Origin: Octopus vulgaris
Taxonomy: Eukaryota
DNA: 64,000 nt
Direction: 5' to 3'
Assembly (NCBI GenBank): GCA_951406725.2
Contig: OX597822.1
Coordinates: 76,756,001 to 76,820,000 of the forward strand
The notes under the pieces were generated by a model. It was not told where the DNA came from. It did not search any database and worked only from the letters and a program-made list of their open reading frames with translations. The translations under genes were made by a program, and so were the position numbers. Of this stretch, positions 27,170-40,190 are shown piece by piece (the stretch's first letter is position 1; each line of letters begins with the position of its first letter).

Positions 27170-27450
27170 AGTCTCCAGTTTGGAATTTATGAACATCCAA
27201 GGCATGAGGCAGCTGTTAAGTATCTGTTTCTTTACTACTTAATCTTCTTCTGTAATTTGTGTTCAGCAGGTTGAGGATTGCATGTCCTTAAGGCCTCCAT
27301 TTTGTAACATAGTCTGTGATCTACTCCTTCAGTGACCATTTGTGTTTAGGCAGTGTAGTGTTGTTTTGCTTCTGGAAATTGTGTATGGATTTTTCAAAGG
27401 GGCACTCTATCAATCTTATATAACACTGCTGTTTATTCCCTAAGATGGCT
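27170..27450 (-). mobile_element. Penelope-like element GIY-YIG endonuclease C-terminal remnant
   Basis: Minus strand CYIRLIECPFEK (cf. YIGxTExxFK), HNFQKQNNTTLPKHKWSLKE*ITDYVTKW (cf. NSTxLSKHIWxLK...YxIKW), then CN and LNSC-like words. Heavily decayed. Confidence 0.55.
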
Positions 27451-28478
27451 TGAGCCAGTATTTTAGAATGTTCTTATGTAAATATCTCCAATTTGATATA
27501 AAGATCCATCTAAATGTGTGTGTGTGTGTATACTGTTGCAGATTGTGGCCTTTCATCTGTGGTTCAGCAGCTCAGCAGGGATGTTGTCAACTTCTATTGA
27601 TTTTTTTTCCTTCCCTCTTTCAGGAACCTTATTGTGACTTAAACTTCGCCTCACATAAGTAGATAGTCATTAATAGTCATTACCATTTGACAATTCTTCT
27701 ACATTCAGTATACCTGGATTTGATAGGGTTCTGATAGTTGTTTACGTTCTAAAATCTAATCAGCCCATCTTCCCAATATTTCTTTATCTCCTATAAGCTT
27801 TTATCCCCGTTTGTTTACTCAAAAAAGCTTCGACATCCCAGTTGGAGGAAGAGACTAAACAGGGCTCTTTAAACAATTCCAATTAACCATAACAATGCAT
27901 GACGACACCCATACCTTTAGCAACAAATCAGGTAATTGGTAAGTTGGGCTGATCAATGGTCACTCATTCACCATACAATCCAGGGGTATGGTGCCCTTCA
28001 ACTTCCAACTACTCTGTCTAACAAAGGACAGTCTTTAGTGACAAGAGGTGAATGTGACTGCGAAGAAGTGAATACAACAGTATCCTGTTTTTGCAAAGAG
28101 GATTCAAGCATTGATTGCAATCAATCAATGCGGCCACAAACAGAGCACGTGTTGGTTAGTAACAGCAAAGAGGAAGATTTACTCCACCAACATGTACAAA
28201 TGGAATGACCTGTATTGGTTAATAAAACATTTACTCCTTTTAGCAGTACTTTTCATACAACTCTTGTTGTGTATGTGTGTGTATAGATATGTACAAATTT
28301 ATATGTGTGTATATATATATGTATACATATATATATATGTCTATATATGTATGTGTGTGTATGTATATATATGTATGTACATATATGTGTGTGTATATAT
28401 TTATGTATATATATATATATATATATATAAGTATGTATGTAAGTGTATATATGCATATATACATGTATGTATGTATAC

Positions 28479-28544
<66 letters not shown>

Positions 28545-29371
28545 GTATATGTGTATATATATGTATGAATGTATGTAAATATATGTGTATATATATGTGT
28601 GTGTATACATATATGTGTATATACCGATACGTGTATACACACACACACACATTGATATTTGTGTGTCTGTATGTATATGGTTGACTGGATGCATAATGTA
28701 TAACTTCAGCTATATAAGCACTTAATAAAGAGAATATTGTGTTTACTTTCACATGGATGAGCGTTAGCAGTGTTTTGAATATACATACATACACACATAT
28801 ATATATATACACAATATAGATAGATAGATGCAAGTGTACATTCATATACTTATATTTATAAATAATTTATAGTTCACATATCACAATGAAGAAGACTAGT
28901 GGGGTTTTTTTTTTTGGAATGCTTACACCATTTTACTATATTTATTTATAAAAATCTGTACCTCACACACACTCAGGGAAGCCTTGTTTTTCTTACCTAT
29001 TCACTACCAATAAAGCACGTGTGCATACAACAGTATTGTGCAATATTACGCACTTAATGCCATTGCTGTGCATTTTACTGTATTCATTAGGATTGCATAT
29101 TTTGCTTCTGTAAGTGAATCAGTTGTGCTTGCAATAAAATGAATGCTTTACATAAATAAATACATTAGCATTGTATCGCTTTTATGAAAGCCACTGACTA
29201 ACTTGTCTTTGAAGAGGTACTTTCAGGGTTTTTCATTTCCAAGTAGGGAATGTGGCTTTCAGGTTTGCCTTTTATTTGTATTGTTTTATATCTTCTCTTG
29301 TATCTTTCTTTTGCAGGGAATTTTTCCATGAGCATTCTTCTTTATGTTTATGCATGTGTATGTGTGCAAAT

Positions 29372-29415
<44 letters not shown>

Positions 29416-29475
29416 ATGCATGTCTGTATCTGCATGTTATTCAACTTAGTAGTTACCTCTGTTGTATCAATTTTT

Positions 29476-29514
<39 letters not shown>

Positions 29515-29774
29515 ACCATCATCGTTCTTTTAATGTCCAGTTTTCCATACTTGCATGGATTGGACAGAATTTTTGCTGATGTAGTTTTTCTACAGCAGGA
29601 TGCCTTTCCTGTTGCTAACCTTAATCTGTTTCCAAATAAAGTTATATTTTTGCACGACCAGACTAAGAACAAGTCTCAAAATAGACATTACATTAACACT
29701 CTTTTTACACACAATGTCAAGGCAAGGAAACAGTAAAACATGCACACAAACAAACACATGCATATATCTTATCC

Positions 29775-29848
<74 letters not shown>

Positions 29849-29889
29849 CACACACACACACACAGATATATACACATACATTCAGATAT

Positions 29890-30193
29890 ATATATCTGTA
29901 AATGTAATATGTGACTGACAATTATTTGGTAGCCATGATAAAACTCCGAGTTGCGGATGCCGAGGTGGAAAACCCCACCGCCATCTCTTGAGTTATCCAG
30001 CCATAATATATTGTATTTCTCCGATGGCCAGATAACTGAAGAGATGGCGGTGTGGTTTTCCACCTTGGCATCTGAAACTCAGAGTTTTATCATGGCTACC
30101 AAATAATTGTCACATATTACATTTACAGATATATTCCTCTATTTACATAATATTGAGGTCTCTTTCATTCTTTTGTTGTCTTACCATTTTTAT

Positions 30194-30197
<4 letters not shown>
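29890..30197. mobile_element. Penelope-type pLTR fragment as a long inverted repeat (arms about 29890-30004 and 30024-30134) in (TA)n
   Basis: Inverted arms of about 110 bp with few mismatches and a 19-bp spacer. The right arm extends about 60 bp further. Confidence 0.85.
30031..30091 (+). ncRNA. Type I hammerhead ribozyme motif
   Basis: GATAA|CTGAAGA|GATGGCGGTGTGGTTTTCCACCTTGGCATCT|GAAA|CTCAGAG|TT|TTATC: stem I GATAA/TTATC, long stem II, stem III ACTC-A-GAGT, GUU triplet (after 30086). The mirror copy has a mutated core (CTCAAGA, GCAA). Confidence 0.75.
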
Positions 30198-30259
<62 letters not shown>

Positions 30260-31004
30260 ATATATATAATGATTAATATATATAAAGAGTATGGAGACTT
30301 GTACATCCACAAAATTTATTTTATAATCATAAACAGCATATTATAATGACCTGCACGTGTTTCTACTGTAATCACTACTCACTTTTGCATACATACACCA
30401 GGGAATTTTTACCCTCCAGCAAAGCATACACAGAATAACGCATCAGAAGAATTCATAGAGTGACTAACATTTAATTGTCATCACAGAAGTTAAACAGTGA
30501 TCATTGTGGTTAGCCATTAACTAGAACTTGAATGAGAACTGATACAGTATCCACCCAGATAGTATATCCCTCCAAACATATATATTAACATCTTAGGTTT
30601 TATTAGTATCTTGCCCCTTTAACTGGTAATTAACATCATGATTTAGGATCTTCTTCTATCTAGCCTCCTTTATAGACAGTTACTTTATACCCAGTTTACT
30701 ACTTTTAATATCTTGACAATATTTATGACCATACCTAGCCATGAGCTGTCCACTCACTCTTGCCCTTAATTCCAAAGAGGCACAGTCCTCTACTCTTAGC
30801 TTTAGTAGTTGATAAAAAGACAAATAAATTAGAAATGAACCACAATTTTTTACAGGCAATGAAAGCTTCATGCTTTTCTTGGAAGTGTAGTATATTCTTA
30901 GCTATAATAGTGACAACGTGGATTTCTTCCATCACCTTACTTTGTTAAAGTATTTGAGTGAAATTATATTAATGTGTCCGACTGATTAAAATTCTATTTA
31001 GTTG

Positions 31005-31090
31005 TGCAGCTGATGAAAGCGCTGCATTTAAATTGATGTAATGATTGCATTGTTCAATTAAATGGAGCCACATGAAACAGTCGTACTGCA
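31005..31090 (+). ncRNA. Type I hammerhead ribozyme motif with extended stem II
   Basis: TGCAG|CTGATGA|..GCTGCATTTAAATTGA...TCAATTAAATGGAGC..|GAAA|CAGTCG|TA|CTGCA: stem I TGCAG/CTGCA, GUA triplet (after 31085). Confidence 0.7.
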
Positions 31091-31214
31091 TCACTTCTTG
31101 ATATCCTGTTCCTTATTTTGATTATATGTATATATATAAAGTAAACTGTACATATATATATATACACACATTATAAAGAGCAGTTGCCATATTTTGTTCC
31201 ATAACAGCTACCTG

Positions 31215-31259
<45 letters not shown>

Positions 31260-31539
31260 CATACACACACACACACATATATATACACACACACACATAT
31301 ATATGTACATATATACACATATATATATATAATATACATACATATATATGTATGTGTATATATATATATATATATATATACAACTGATGAAAGGTCATTC
31401 ATTGAATTCTTTGTACTAGTCCTGTTTTCCATTTATTTACTCTCGCCGTTTACGTGTTTAACTCATCTGTTTTCGTATTTCATGTTGTTTACTGTTGATG
31501 ACATCCTGCACCCTTATATGCATATATATATATATGTAT

Positions 31540-31574
<35 letters not shown>

Positions 31575-32045
31575 TAGTGATGTCAATAAACAAATAAAAC
31601 TGCTTGGGCTAGATATATATTTACATGTAAATAGAAAGAAAACAAAAATTGGAAATATTTAGGCAATGAACATTCATGCATAAATATCGAAAATGTAGAG
31701 ATTTATATTATTTACAAAGCAGAAATACACTGAGTACAAATGCAAAAGACATTAAGGGGAGAAGGTATGGCATTATAGGTCCAACAGCTGTTTCTGGGAG
31801 CTCAGAATTATGTAAAAATGTTAGCAGATGTAGTCTGCAAAAAAGTCAAAGATATGCTTCCATGCATTTGTATTTCTTGACAGCTGATACAGCATTGCTC
31901 TTGCCTTGCTTGGAGAGTAGGTTGTTCTTGAAACAAAAACCATGAGAATCTTACAAAAAATGTATTCAAGAAAGAAATTGTGCCATCACTGAGGAATGAA
32001 TCTTTAGATTCGCTTATGTTGTCTTCCTAGAAAAAGAAGAAGTGT

Positions 32046-32262
32046 GAGAGGATGCTGAAAAGTTCCTGGCTTTAAGGGTGCTTCAAAAGGCTCAGTTGAA
32101 GGCCCAACCTTCTGACTTCTTTTGCAGGGCTTAGAAAAACTGAAGGACCGCTGCAATAAGTGAGTGAATCTGAGAGGGGAATATGTTGAATAAAATCATA
32201 ATTAATTGATCTTCCTGTATTTTCTTTAACCCAAGGCCAAGAACTTTTAGCACCCCCTTGTA
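32046..32262 (+). mobile_element. Internally deleted mariner (MITE-like) with both TIRs
   Basis: Imperfect TIRs: left GGATGCTGAAAAGTTCCTGGCTTT, right AAGGCCAAGAACTTTTAGCACCCCCTTGTA. Interior encodes GLEKLKDRCNK*VNLRGEYVE*, a mariner C-terminus. Confidence 0.8.
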
Positions 32263-32642
32263 TGTTGAATTACTCTGAAATGTTGAAAGTTGTTGTTGAA
32301 AATGTGAGGTGTCAGTTCTGCCGGCCAATGAGGAAGGAAGCATGTTAGCAAGAGTACTGGGGAGGGAATACAAAAGATGAAGAATAAAAGAGACCAAGAA
32401 AATGATTATGGGATATGCAGGAGATGCTGCCTACAGCAACAAACGATGATGACAATAATAACGCTGACAACGGTGCAATTTTTAAATATGATGTTGACAA
32501 CAGCAATAACAATGATTATCATGAAGGCAATGACAACAACGATGATGATGATGGTGGTGGTGGTGGTGGTGTGGTGAAGGTGGTAGTGGTGGTGGTGGTG
32601 GTCATGATGATGATGACGGTGATAACGATGGTGGTGGTGGTG

Positions 32643-32673
<31 letters not shown>

Positions 32674-33083
32674 TGATGGTGGTGGTGATGATGATGATGA
32701 GGAGGAGGAGGAGGAGGAGGAGGTAAATTCTTGAAAACAGAGAAGAATGTGGATTTATAAAGAAGGAAACCTATCCAAAAATAAACAGTTTAGGATTTTA
32801 AAAAGTTTAGGAAATGTCTAAAATGATGTTGGTTTTTTTTTTCTTTTTGTCTTTTTCCAAACATAAAAAGAAAGAAAGAAACAACCAAGTAATAGCCTTT
32901 CCTTCATGACATCTTATTCCACTAGCAATAAGTTATGACTCTAAAAACACTTTTTCCTTTTTTTTTGCACCACACTTTGAAAAGATTTTCTTTATTTAAT
33001 ATTATTTATTAATAATAATAATGATAATAACAATAGTGATAAAAATAAAAATAATACTACGACTAGTAGTAGTAGTAGTAGTA

Positions 33084-33135
<52 letters not shown>

Positions 33136-33256
33136 TGATGGGTCCCCACCGCCTCTAAATGTCCCTGAAATTGCTGCTGTTCATGAAACTCTTGTACTAT
33201 CAGCCATCATTTATGAAAACTTTGCTCCAGGGTAAGACAAAATAATGAAATTTTTA

Positions 33257-33289
<33 letters not shown>

Positions 33290-36200
33290 ACAAAAAATAA
33301 ATAGATAAAATAAAAATGGAAAGCATATAACCATGGAACTCTTGTAAATATCCAAAGTGTTCATGAAAATCAAGTCAGAATGCTGACAGCAAGGTTTCCT
33401 ACTCGTGATCAATAAAGATAATTGAACTCTCCTAATGAACTGATCTTAATTCATCGATCTTTACAGTTTAGTTTGCTTGTTTCCACATTAGATTTATTTA
33501 TTTCGTTTTGATATTTATTTAATTTTACACACATTTCTTCTTTTTATTAATTTACTTCTATTTATCATATTTTATTTATTTTTTTTTTTTACATTTGAAA
33601 CCATGTTATGCATTTTTTTTTTATTTTCACACTTCAAATACAGAATTTAAAAGAATAAAATACCTAAACAAAATGAACAAAAACAAACAAGAATTATAAC
33701 ACTGTAATGGTTTTTGTTTTAAATTTTTGCTTCATTTTTCTTAAAAGATTTTTGAAAAATAAATTCCGTGATCTTTATACCTTTTTATTTCACTCAGCAA
33801 TTTTTATGCAATGAATCATGGATATCATCGACAAATCATAAGTTATTAGGATATTACACAACCTGCCAAGTGGTTGGTAGTTTGTAGTCTGTCGCCAGCA
33901 TTTATACATTAGCTTTATAACCGAAAACACTTCGCTTAAAATACATTCGGTCTACATTGTTATAAATAGACATTTTCTGCTTGTAGAATATATTGCCTCT
34001 AAAAGCATCATCATCATCATTATCATCATCACCACCATCATCATCACCATCATCATCAGCATTATTTTCATCATCATCATTATCATCATCACCATCTTCA
34101 TCCTCACTACCACTATCATCATCATCATCATTATCATCTTCACCATCATCATCACCATCATCATCAGCATTATTATCATCATTATGATGATGATGATGAT
34201 CATCATCATCATTGGTGTCGTCATTGTCATTATCGCTGTTGTCGTCATCATAAATCATAACGTCCACCTTTCCATGTTTTTCCTTGGGTTGCTGAGGAAG
34301 ATTTTCTATGGCCAGATGCCCTTCCTATCACCGGCCCTTATCTGTTTCCAAGTAAAGGGCAAAGGGTACGAAGCCCCTTTGGTCATGAATGACCATGGGA
34401 TTGCACCTAGAAAGTTCCCCTCCTAGGTACAAGTCATCTGCCATTACGTTCTGAGTTCAAATTCTGCCGAGGTCAACTTTACCTTTCATCCTCTCAGGGT
34501 TGATAAATTAAGTACCAGTTATGCACTGGGGTCGATGTAATCGACTTAATCCCTTTGTCTGTCCTTGTTTGTCTCCTGTATGTTTAGCCCCTTGTTGGCA
34601 ATTAAGAAATAAGAAATTTTGCATGCCGAGCAAAATGCTTAGCAGTATTTCATCTGTCTTTACGTTCTGAGTTCAAATTCCGCCAAGGTTGACTTTGCCT
34701 TTCATCCTTTCAGGGTCGATAAATTAAGTACCAATTGCATACTGGGGTCGATCTAATCAACTGGACCCTCCCCCAAAATTTCGGGCCTAGATCAGAAAAG
34801 AAAAGAAAAGAACTCTCCCAAATCCACTCACAAGGTATTGGTTGGCCCAAGGCAATAGTAGAAGACACTTGCCCAAGGTGCCAAGCTTTGGGGCTGAACC
34901 TGCAACCATGAGGTTGGGAAACAAGCTTCTTACCACATAGCCATGGATGGGATTCTTTCAGTTTCTCTCTCCCAAGGCATTAGTCAACCCAGGGCAATAG
35001 TAGAAGACACTTTCCCAAGGTGTCATGCTTTGGGACTGAACCCACAACCATAAGGTTGGGAAGCAAGCTTCTTACCACACAGCAATGGATGGGATTCTTT
35101 CAGTTTCTGTCTACGAAATCTACTCACAAAGCTTTGCTGACTGATGATGTGAACTCACCCAAATGAAATGGGAATTGAAATGATTGGTTTCTTGCGTATT
35201 ATCTTGTTACAAGAAGCTAATTTGTGGGATGAAATCATTCATAGTTCCATTCATTCATTCATATCTAACAAGTGAAGAAGAAGAAAAAAAAATCGTCAAA
35301 CTCGTAGAAAATCTTAGGAACTCTTAGAACATCAGATAATGACATAATAGACAGGTAAACAAAACCAGCACCATATGAGAAGATCAATAAATTCTTCTAG
35401 AATTATGAATGGCATTATATTTTATTCACAGAAAATCTTCAGGAAAACAATGGTAAGTGTATGTTTTAACTATAGGAATAATAAATGGTAACTAAAGTGA
35501 TGAACTCATTCGAATGACAACTGAATGGGAATGATTCTTTAATGGTTTTTCATGTTGGAGGAAAAAGCTAATGAGAAGGTTACAGACTCCCGTATAGGCT
35601 TCTGTTATGATTTAGGCTTGTTTTAGTCATTGGATCATGGCCATACTGGGGCATCATCTTGTAGGGTTTTAGGCAAACAGATTGCCCTTCCCCACCCACC
35701 TCCCAGTACTTTTTTGTTTCCAAGTCTCGTACTTTTACAGAAAGACACACACACACACACACACACATGCATTTATATATACACACACTTATATACACCT
35801 TAGTCGTGGCATGTAAAATGTAACATTTGAATGTTGGGGATCGCAGAGGCAATAAGTAGACAGATAAACCTTGGCAATATGCTGTGCTTGAGAAGACTCG
35901 CCAAGCCAAGTGAAATTATAACCACTGCTGCTGCTAGTGACACATAAAAGGCACCCATTACACTCTGTAAAGTGGTTGGCATTAGGAAGGGCATCTAGAA
36001 CCCAAGCCAAATCAGATTGAAACCTGGTACAGCTCTCCAGATTACCAATTTCAGTCAAACTATCCAACCCATGCCAGCATGGAAAGCAGACTCTAAAATG
36101 ATGATGATGATGATCACACACACACTCACAACAGGCTTCCACACGGTTTCTGTCTACTGAATTTACACACAAGGTATAAAGTAAAAGACCCTTGACCAGG

Positions 36201-37042
36201 GTGCCTTGTCATGGGGACTGAACTCCAAACCATATGGTTGCCAAATAATCTTCTTAATCACACTCTCATGATGTGACAGGTTTCCAAATTCTGCTCACAA
36301 AGCGTTGCAACTATAAATTATAGAAAAAGACCCTTTTTCAGCATACCGCTGCACTCTAGGATTGAAACTGGAACTACATAGATGAGAAGCAAGCAAACAA
36401 CTACGATCATATCTTGGTCAAACTGACCAGCTTTTCAAGCCATTGCATTAACTGTCCCTTATCTAGAAGCCTTTAACAACAAATTAATCGTTCCAAACAT
36501 GCAAGTGAGGAATTTAATTGTAAATTAGTCGGTTTTGCTGCAGAACATTAAAACGGAGAGTTAAGGAAACATTAGAAATGTTTGGGATGGACTTTGGCCA
36601 ATGGGATCGTTGGCATTTTGTTCTTGCAGGTTTTTGGGCATCAGTTGTTGTTGTTGTTATTGTTGTTATTGTTGTGTGTGTTGGTGATGGTGGTGGTGGC
36701 AGTGGTGGACGTTCATGATGGTGATGATGATGGTGTTGGTGGTAATGGTAATAATGACAATTATCATGAGAATGCTGATGGTGGCGGTGGTGGTGGTAAT
36801 GACAATGATGACAATTATCATGACAATGCTGCTGACGGTGGCGGTGGTGGTGGTGGTGGTGGTAATGGCAATGGCAATGATGACAATTATTGATGATGAT
36901 GATGATGATGATGGAAAAGTTGTCAGAAATCTGGATGAGGAAATAATTTAGAGATGGTGTTGTTGGTGGTGGAGGTGGTGTTGGTGGTTGTAACATTGAC
37001 CAGTATGATGATGATAATGACAATTATGATGATGTCTGATAA

Positions 37043-40000
37043 TTTCATTTCATTTCATTTCATTTGGGTTTGAGTCCATGCTCAGGCCAAGTCGAAGACT
37101 CCACTCTCAGAGTCTGGTGTGGTTGCCAGGTTGTATTCTCTGCTTAATTTTGACATGTGTAGGAGCGAGTTTGAGTCAGTTTGTGCTCGTTGTGTATATC
37201 CTGGGAGATGGGGTTCATCTCTAATGGTGCTTAAGTATCTATCCAGTTGCAATTTGAATGATTCCACACTGCATCCTGATAGATTTCTGACATGTACCGG
37301 AATGGAGTTGAACAGTTGTGCTCCTCGAACCAACAGACTTGATTCTCGCAGGGTTTTTGCTGCCTGGCCAGCCTTTTTGTTGATTGGTGGCAGCTGGCAG
37401 CGTCTTCCGTGGCGCAGTGAGTGGTAAGTTTTGATACCAAAGTTTGGCACCTTCTGCTCTATCATTTTCCAAATGTATATAATTCGGTATCGCTCAAATC
37501 TTCTTTCTATTGAGTACATCCTCAAGGTTTTGAGTCTTTGCCAATAGTCCAGGTCCCTCGTTTCTGAGAAGTATGAGGTAAAATTTCTTTGGAGCGATTC
37601 TATCTTAGATAGTTGGCCCTTTGTTGTTGGTGACCACAACTGAGAACAGTAGTCAATCCTCGGAAGTATCATACTGTTCCAGAGGGTTTTCATTGTTGAG
37701 GTATCTCTTGATTTGAAGGTGCGCAAGATCCACCCGCTGTACTTTCTTGCAGTAAGACAGACTGAGTCAAGGTGTTCTCTGAATTTTAGGTTGGTTCCCA
37801 TGTGGATGCCTAAATCTTTCACATACTGTTTTTCCATTATTTGTTGTCCTGATGGGTTTCTGTAGTTTGTTGTATTTTTCAGATCTTGATCTGTTCCGTA
37901 GCGAATTAGTTCAAACTTCTTATCATTGAACAACATGTTGTTTGTTTCCTGCCATTTATATATGGTGGTCAGGTCCTTTTGTAAGGCCTCTGTATCCACC
38001 TCGTCTTTGATTTGTCTCATGACCCTGGTGTCATCAGCAAAGGATGAGACGTTACTGGTTGTATCTTCATCTATGTCAGAGATGAGGATGAGAAACAGGA
38101 TTGGGCCGAGTACTGTACCCTGAGGAACACTGCTGGTCACAGGTGATGGTGTTGAATGGGTTCCATTCACAGTGACTGTTTGAGTTCTATTTGTAAGGAA
38201 CTCGTGTATCCATGTACCAACTTTTCCTCCTACTCCTAGCTTTCGAAGTTTGTGACCCAGGATGCCATGATCTACCTTGTCAAATGCCTTGGCAAAGTCG
38301 AGGTAGATAACATCTGTGTTGTATCCATTCTCTAGATTTTCTAGGATTTGGTCATGGTGTGCCAGTAGTTGGGAAAGGCATGATCTACCTAACCTGAATC
38401 CATGCTGGTTGCAATTCATCAGATTGTTGGATTCCAGGAACTCAACCAGTTTTCCACGAACTATTCTTTCGAAGACCTTGATAATGTGTGATGTCAGTGA
38501 GATTGGTCGGTAGTTCTTTGGTTTTTATTTGCTGTCCCCTTTATGTATTGGAGTTATGTGTGCTTCTTTATATGTATTTGGTATTTTGCCATTCTCCATA
38601 GATTCCCTCCACATCATGTAAAGGGGTTTCAACAATTGTGCCTTGCAGTTTTTAAGTATCATGGCATTGAAACCGTCAGGCCCCGCAGCCGAGTGCATGG
38701 AGAGCTTGTCTATGGCTCTTGCTATGTCTTCTGGGTTGAAATCAATGTCGGATAGGGTAGGTTTAGTATGGTCGATATCCTTGAAGAATTTTCCTGGGTC
38801 ATGGATCTTCATGGTTTTATATGGCTCACTGAAGACACTTTCATACTGTTGACCCAACATTTCTGCCATTTCAATAGGGTTATTCACTACATCCCCATTT
38901 TGTCTCTGGAGAGGTCCTATTGTTGACTTGGTGTTCGATTATTTCTTTGCAAAACTGTAGAAACATTTTGGATTTTTCTTGATGTTTTCTATGGCTCTCT
39001 TTTCTGCATTGTTACGTTCTTCATCATAGTGTTGTTTTAGATTGTCTTCTAATCTGTATATTTGGTCAAGGACTTTCTGTAATTCATGTTTTGATGTCAG
39101 CTTAGATGTTTTGTTTCTTAGTCTTGACCTTTTGCGCATCAGGATCTTTCGCTCCCGTGGTACAGGTTTTTTTGTGGACTTGGTTTTCTTTAGAGGAACA
39201 TTTTTTTCACATATTTCTTCGATCTTGTTTAAGAATTTCTTTGTGTTTATCTGGCCCAGTAAGGTAGAGATCCCAGTCAATGATTTGTAACTGGTTGTTA
39301 ATAGTTTCCCAATTTGCCTGGTGATAATCATACCTGCATAGCTTTGGCATGTCCTTTTGTTTAAGAGTTGTGGCATTGGGCTCATTACCAATGTGTAAAT
39401 GCATTTCAATAATATTGTGGTCTGAAAGGATTGTTGGGGTTGAGTGAAGGTCAAATAGCGTGTCCTCGTTGTTGGTGAAAACCAAGTCGATCGTATTATT
39501 ATTTCTTGTTGCTTCTGTCATCATTTGTTTGAGGTATAATTTCTCTGTGACTTCCAACAGTTTGGCTGCCTGTATTTGTTCAGCTTTTGTCCCCAGTTTT
39601 AGTATGTGTCCATGTGGCCAGATGATGTTAGGGAAGTTGAAGTCACCAAGGAGGATAATGTCTGGCATTGGACTTGCCATGTTTCCCAGAATTTGTTGGA
39701 GCTTCGTCAGTGGCTCAGTGAAGGATAATGTTGGGCTGTTTGGCGGTCTGTACATTATTGTTACAACTGTATTAAGTTGGATGATTTTTATGCACAGCAG
39801 GTTGCAGTAGGCATTTGATTCATTGACAAGTTCTATGCATGCATAGGTATCATGGATATACATGATAACGCCCCCATGGGATCTGCCTTGTCTATCACAT
39901 CTGAAGATGTTGAATCTATTGATTGTGATTTCGCTGTTGCGGATGTTTTCGTTGAGATGACTTTCAGTAATTCCAATTATTTTGGAGTTGTTTTCTGTTG

Positions 40001-40190
40001 CTAATTCTTCCAAGAAAGGGACTTTACACTGTTTTGTTTTCGGATAAAGACCCTGGATATTTGCTGTTATAATGATAGTTTAAGATAGTTTCTTTTCTTT
40101 TTTTGCTTTTTGATGTCTTACGTTTTTTATACTTGTGTTTTTGTTTTGATATCGTCACTTAGATAGGTCGGTGGATAAACTTCAAAATAA
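37043..40190 (-). mobile_element. CR1-group LINE (APE endonuclease + reverse transcriptase), near full-length ORF, inactivated
   Basis: APE motifs ANIQGL, GITESHL, YRPP, LLGDFN, IDLVF, SDHN. RT motifs NYRPISLTS, QHGFR, YLDFAKAFDKV, VPQGTVLGP, FADD, LGI. Short 3' UTR then an (AAATG)n tail at 37043-37065. 5' boundary approximate. Confidence 0.93.
37082..40079 (-). pseudogene. LINE APE-RT ORF with one frameshift and two in-frame stops
   Basis: Track ORFs 38939-39454, 38525-38887 and 37082-38419 share one frame, separated by single TAA codons (YSFAKK*SNTKSTIGPL; HKGDSK*KPKNYRPIS). The APE ORF 39207-40013 joins through a frameshift near 39250. Confidence 0.9.

Noticed and set aside
27600-27660. 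Strong splice acceptor as the next LamG exon (also 29316)
   Set aside because: The required phase-2 frame hits a stop or runs into microsatellite, with no LamG similarity.
30300-30960. Possible Penelope ORF N-terminal remnant next to the 31005 hammerhead
   Set aside because: Similarity is too weak to support without a search.
31777-31810. GAAACAGCTGTT half-hammerhead on the minus strand
   Set aside because: No matching CTGANGA half was found, so at most a truncated remnant.
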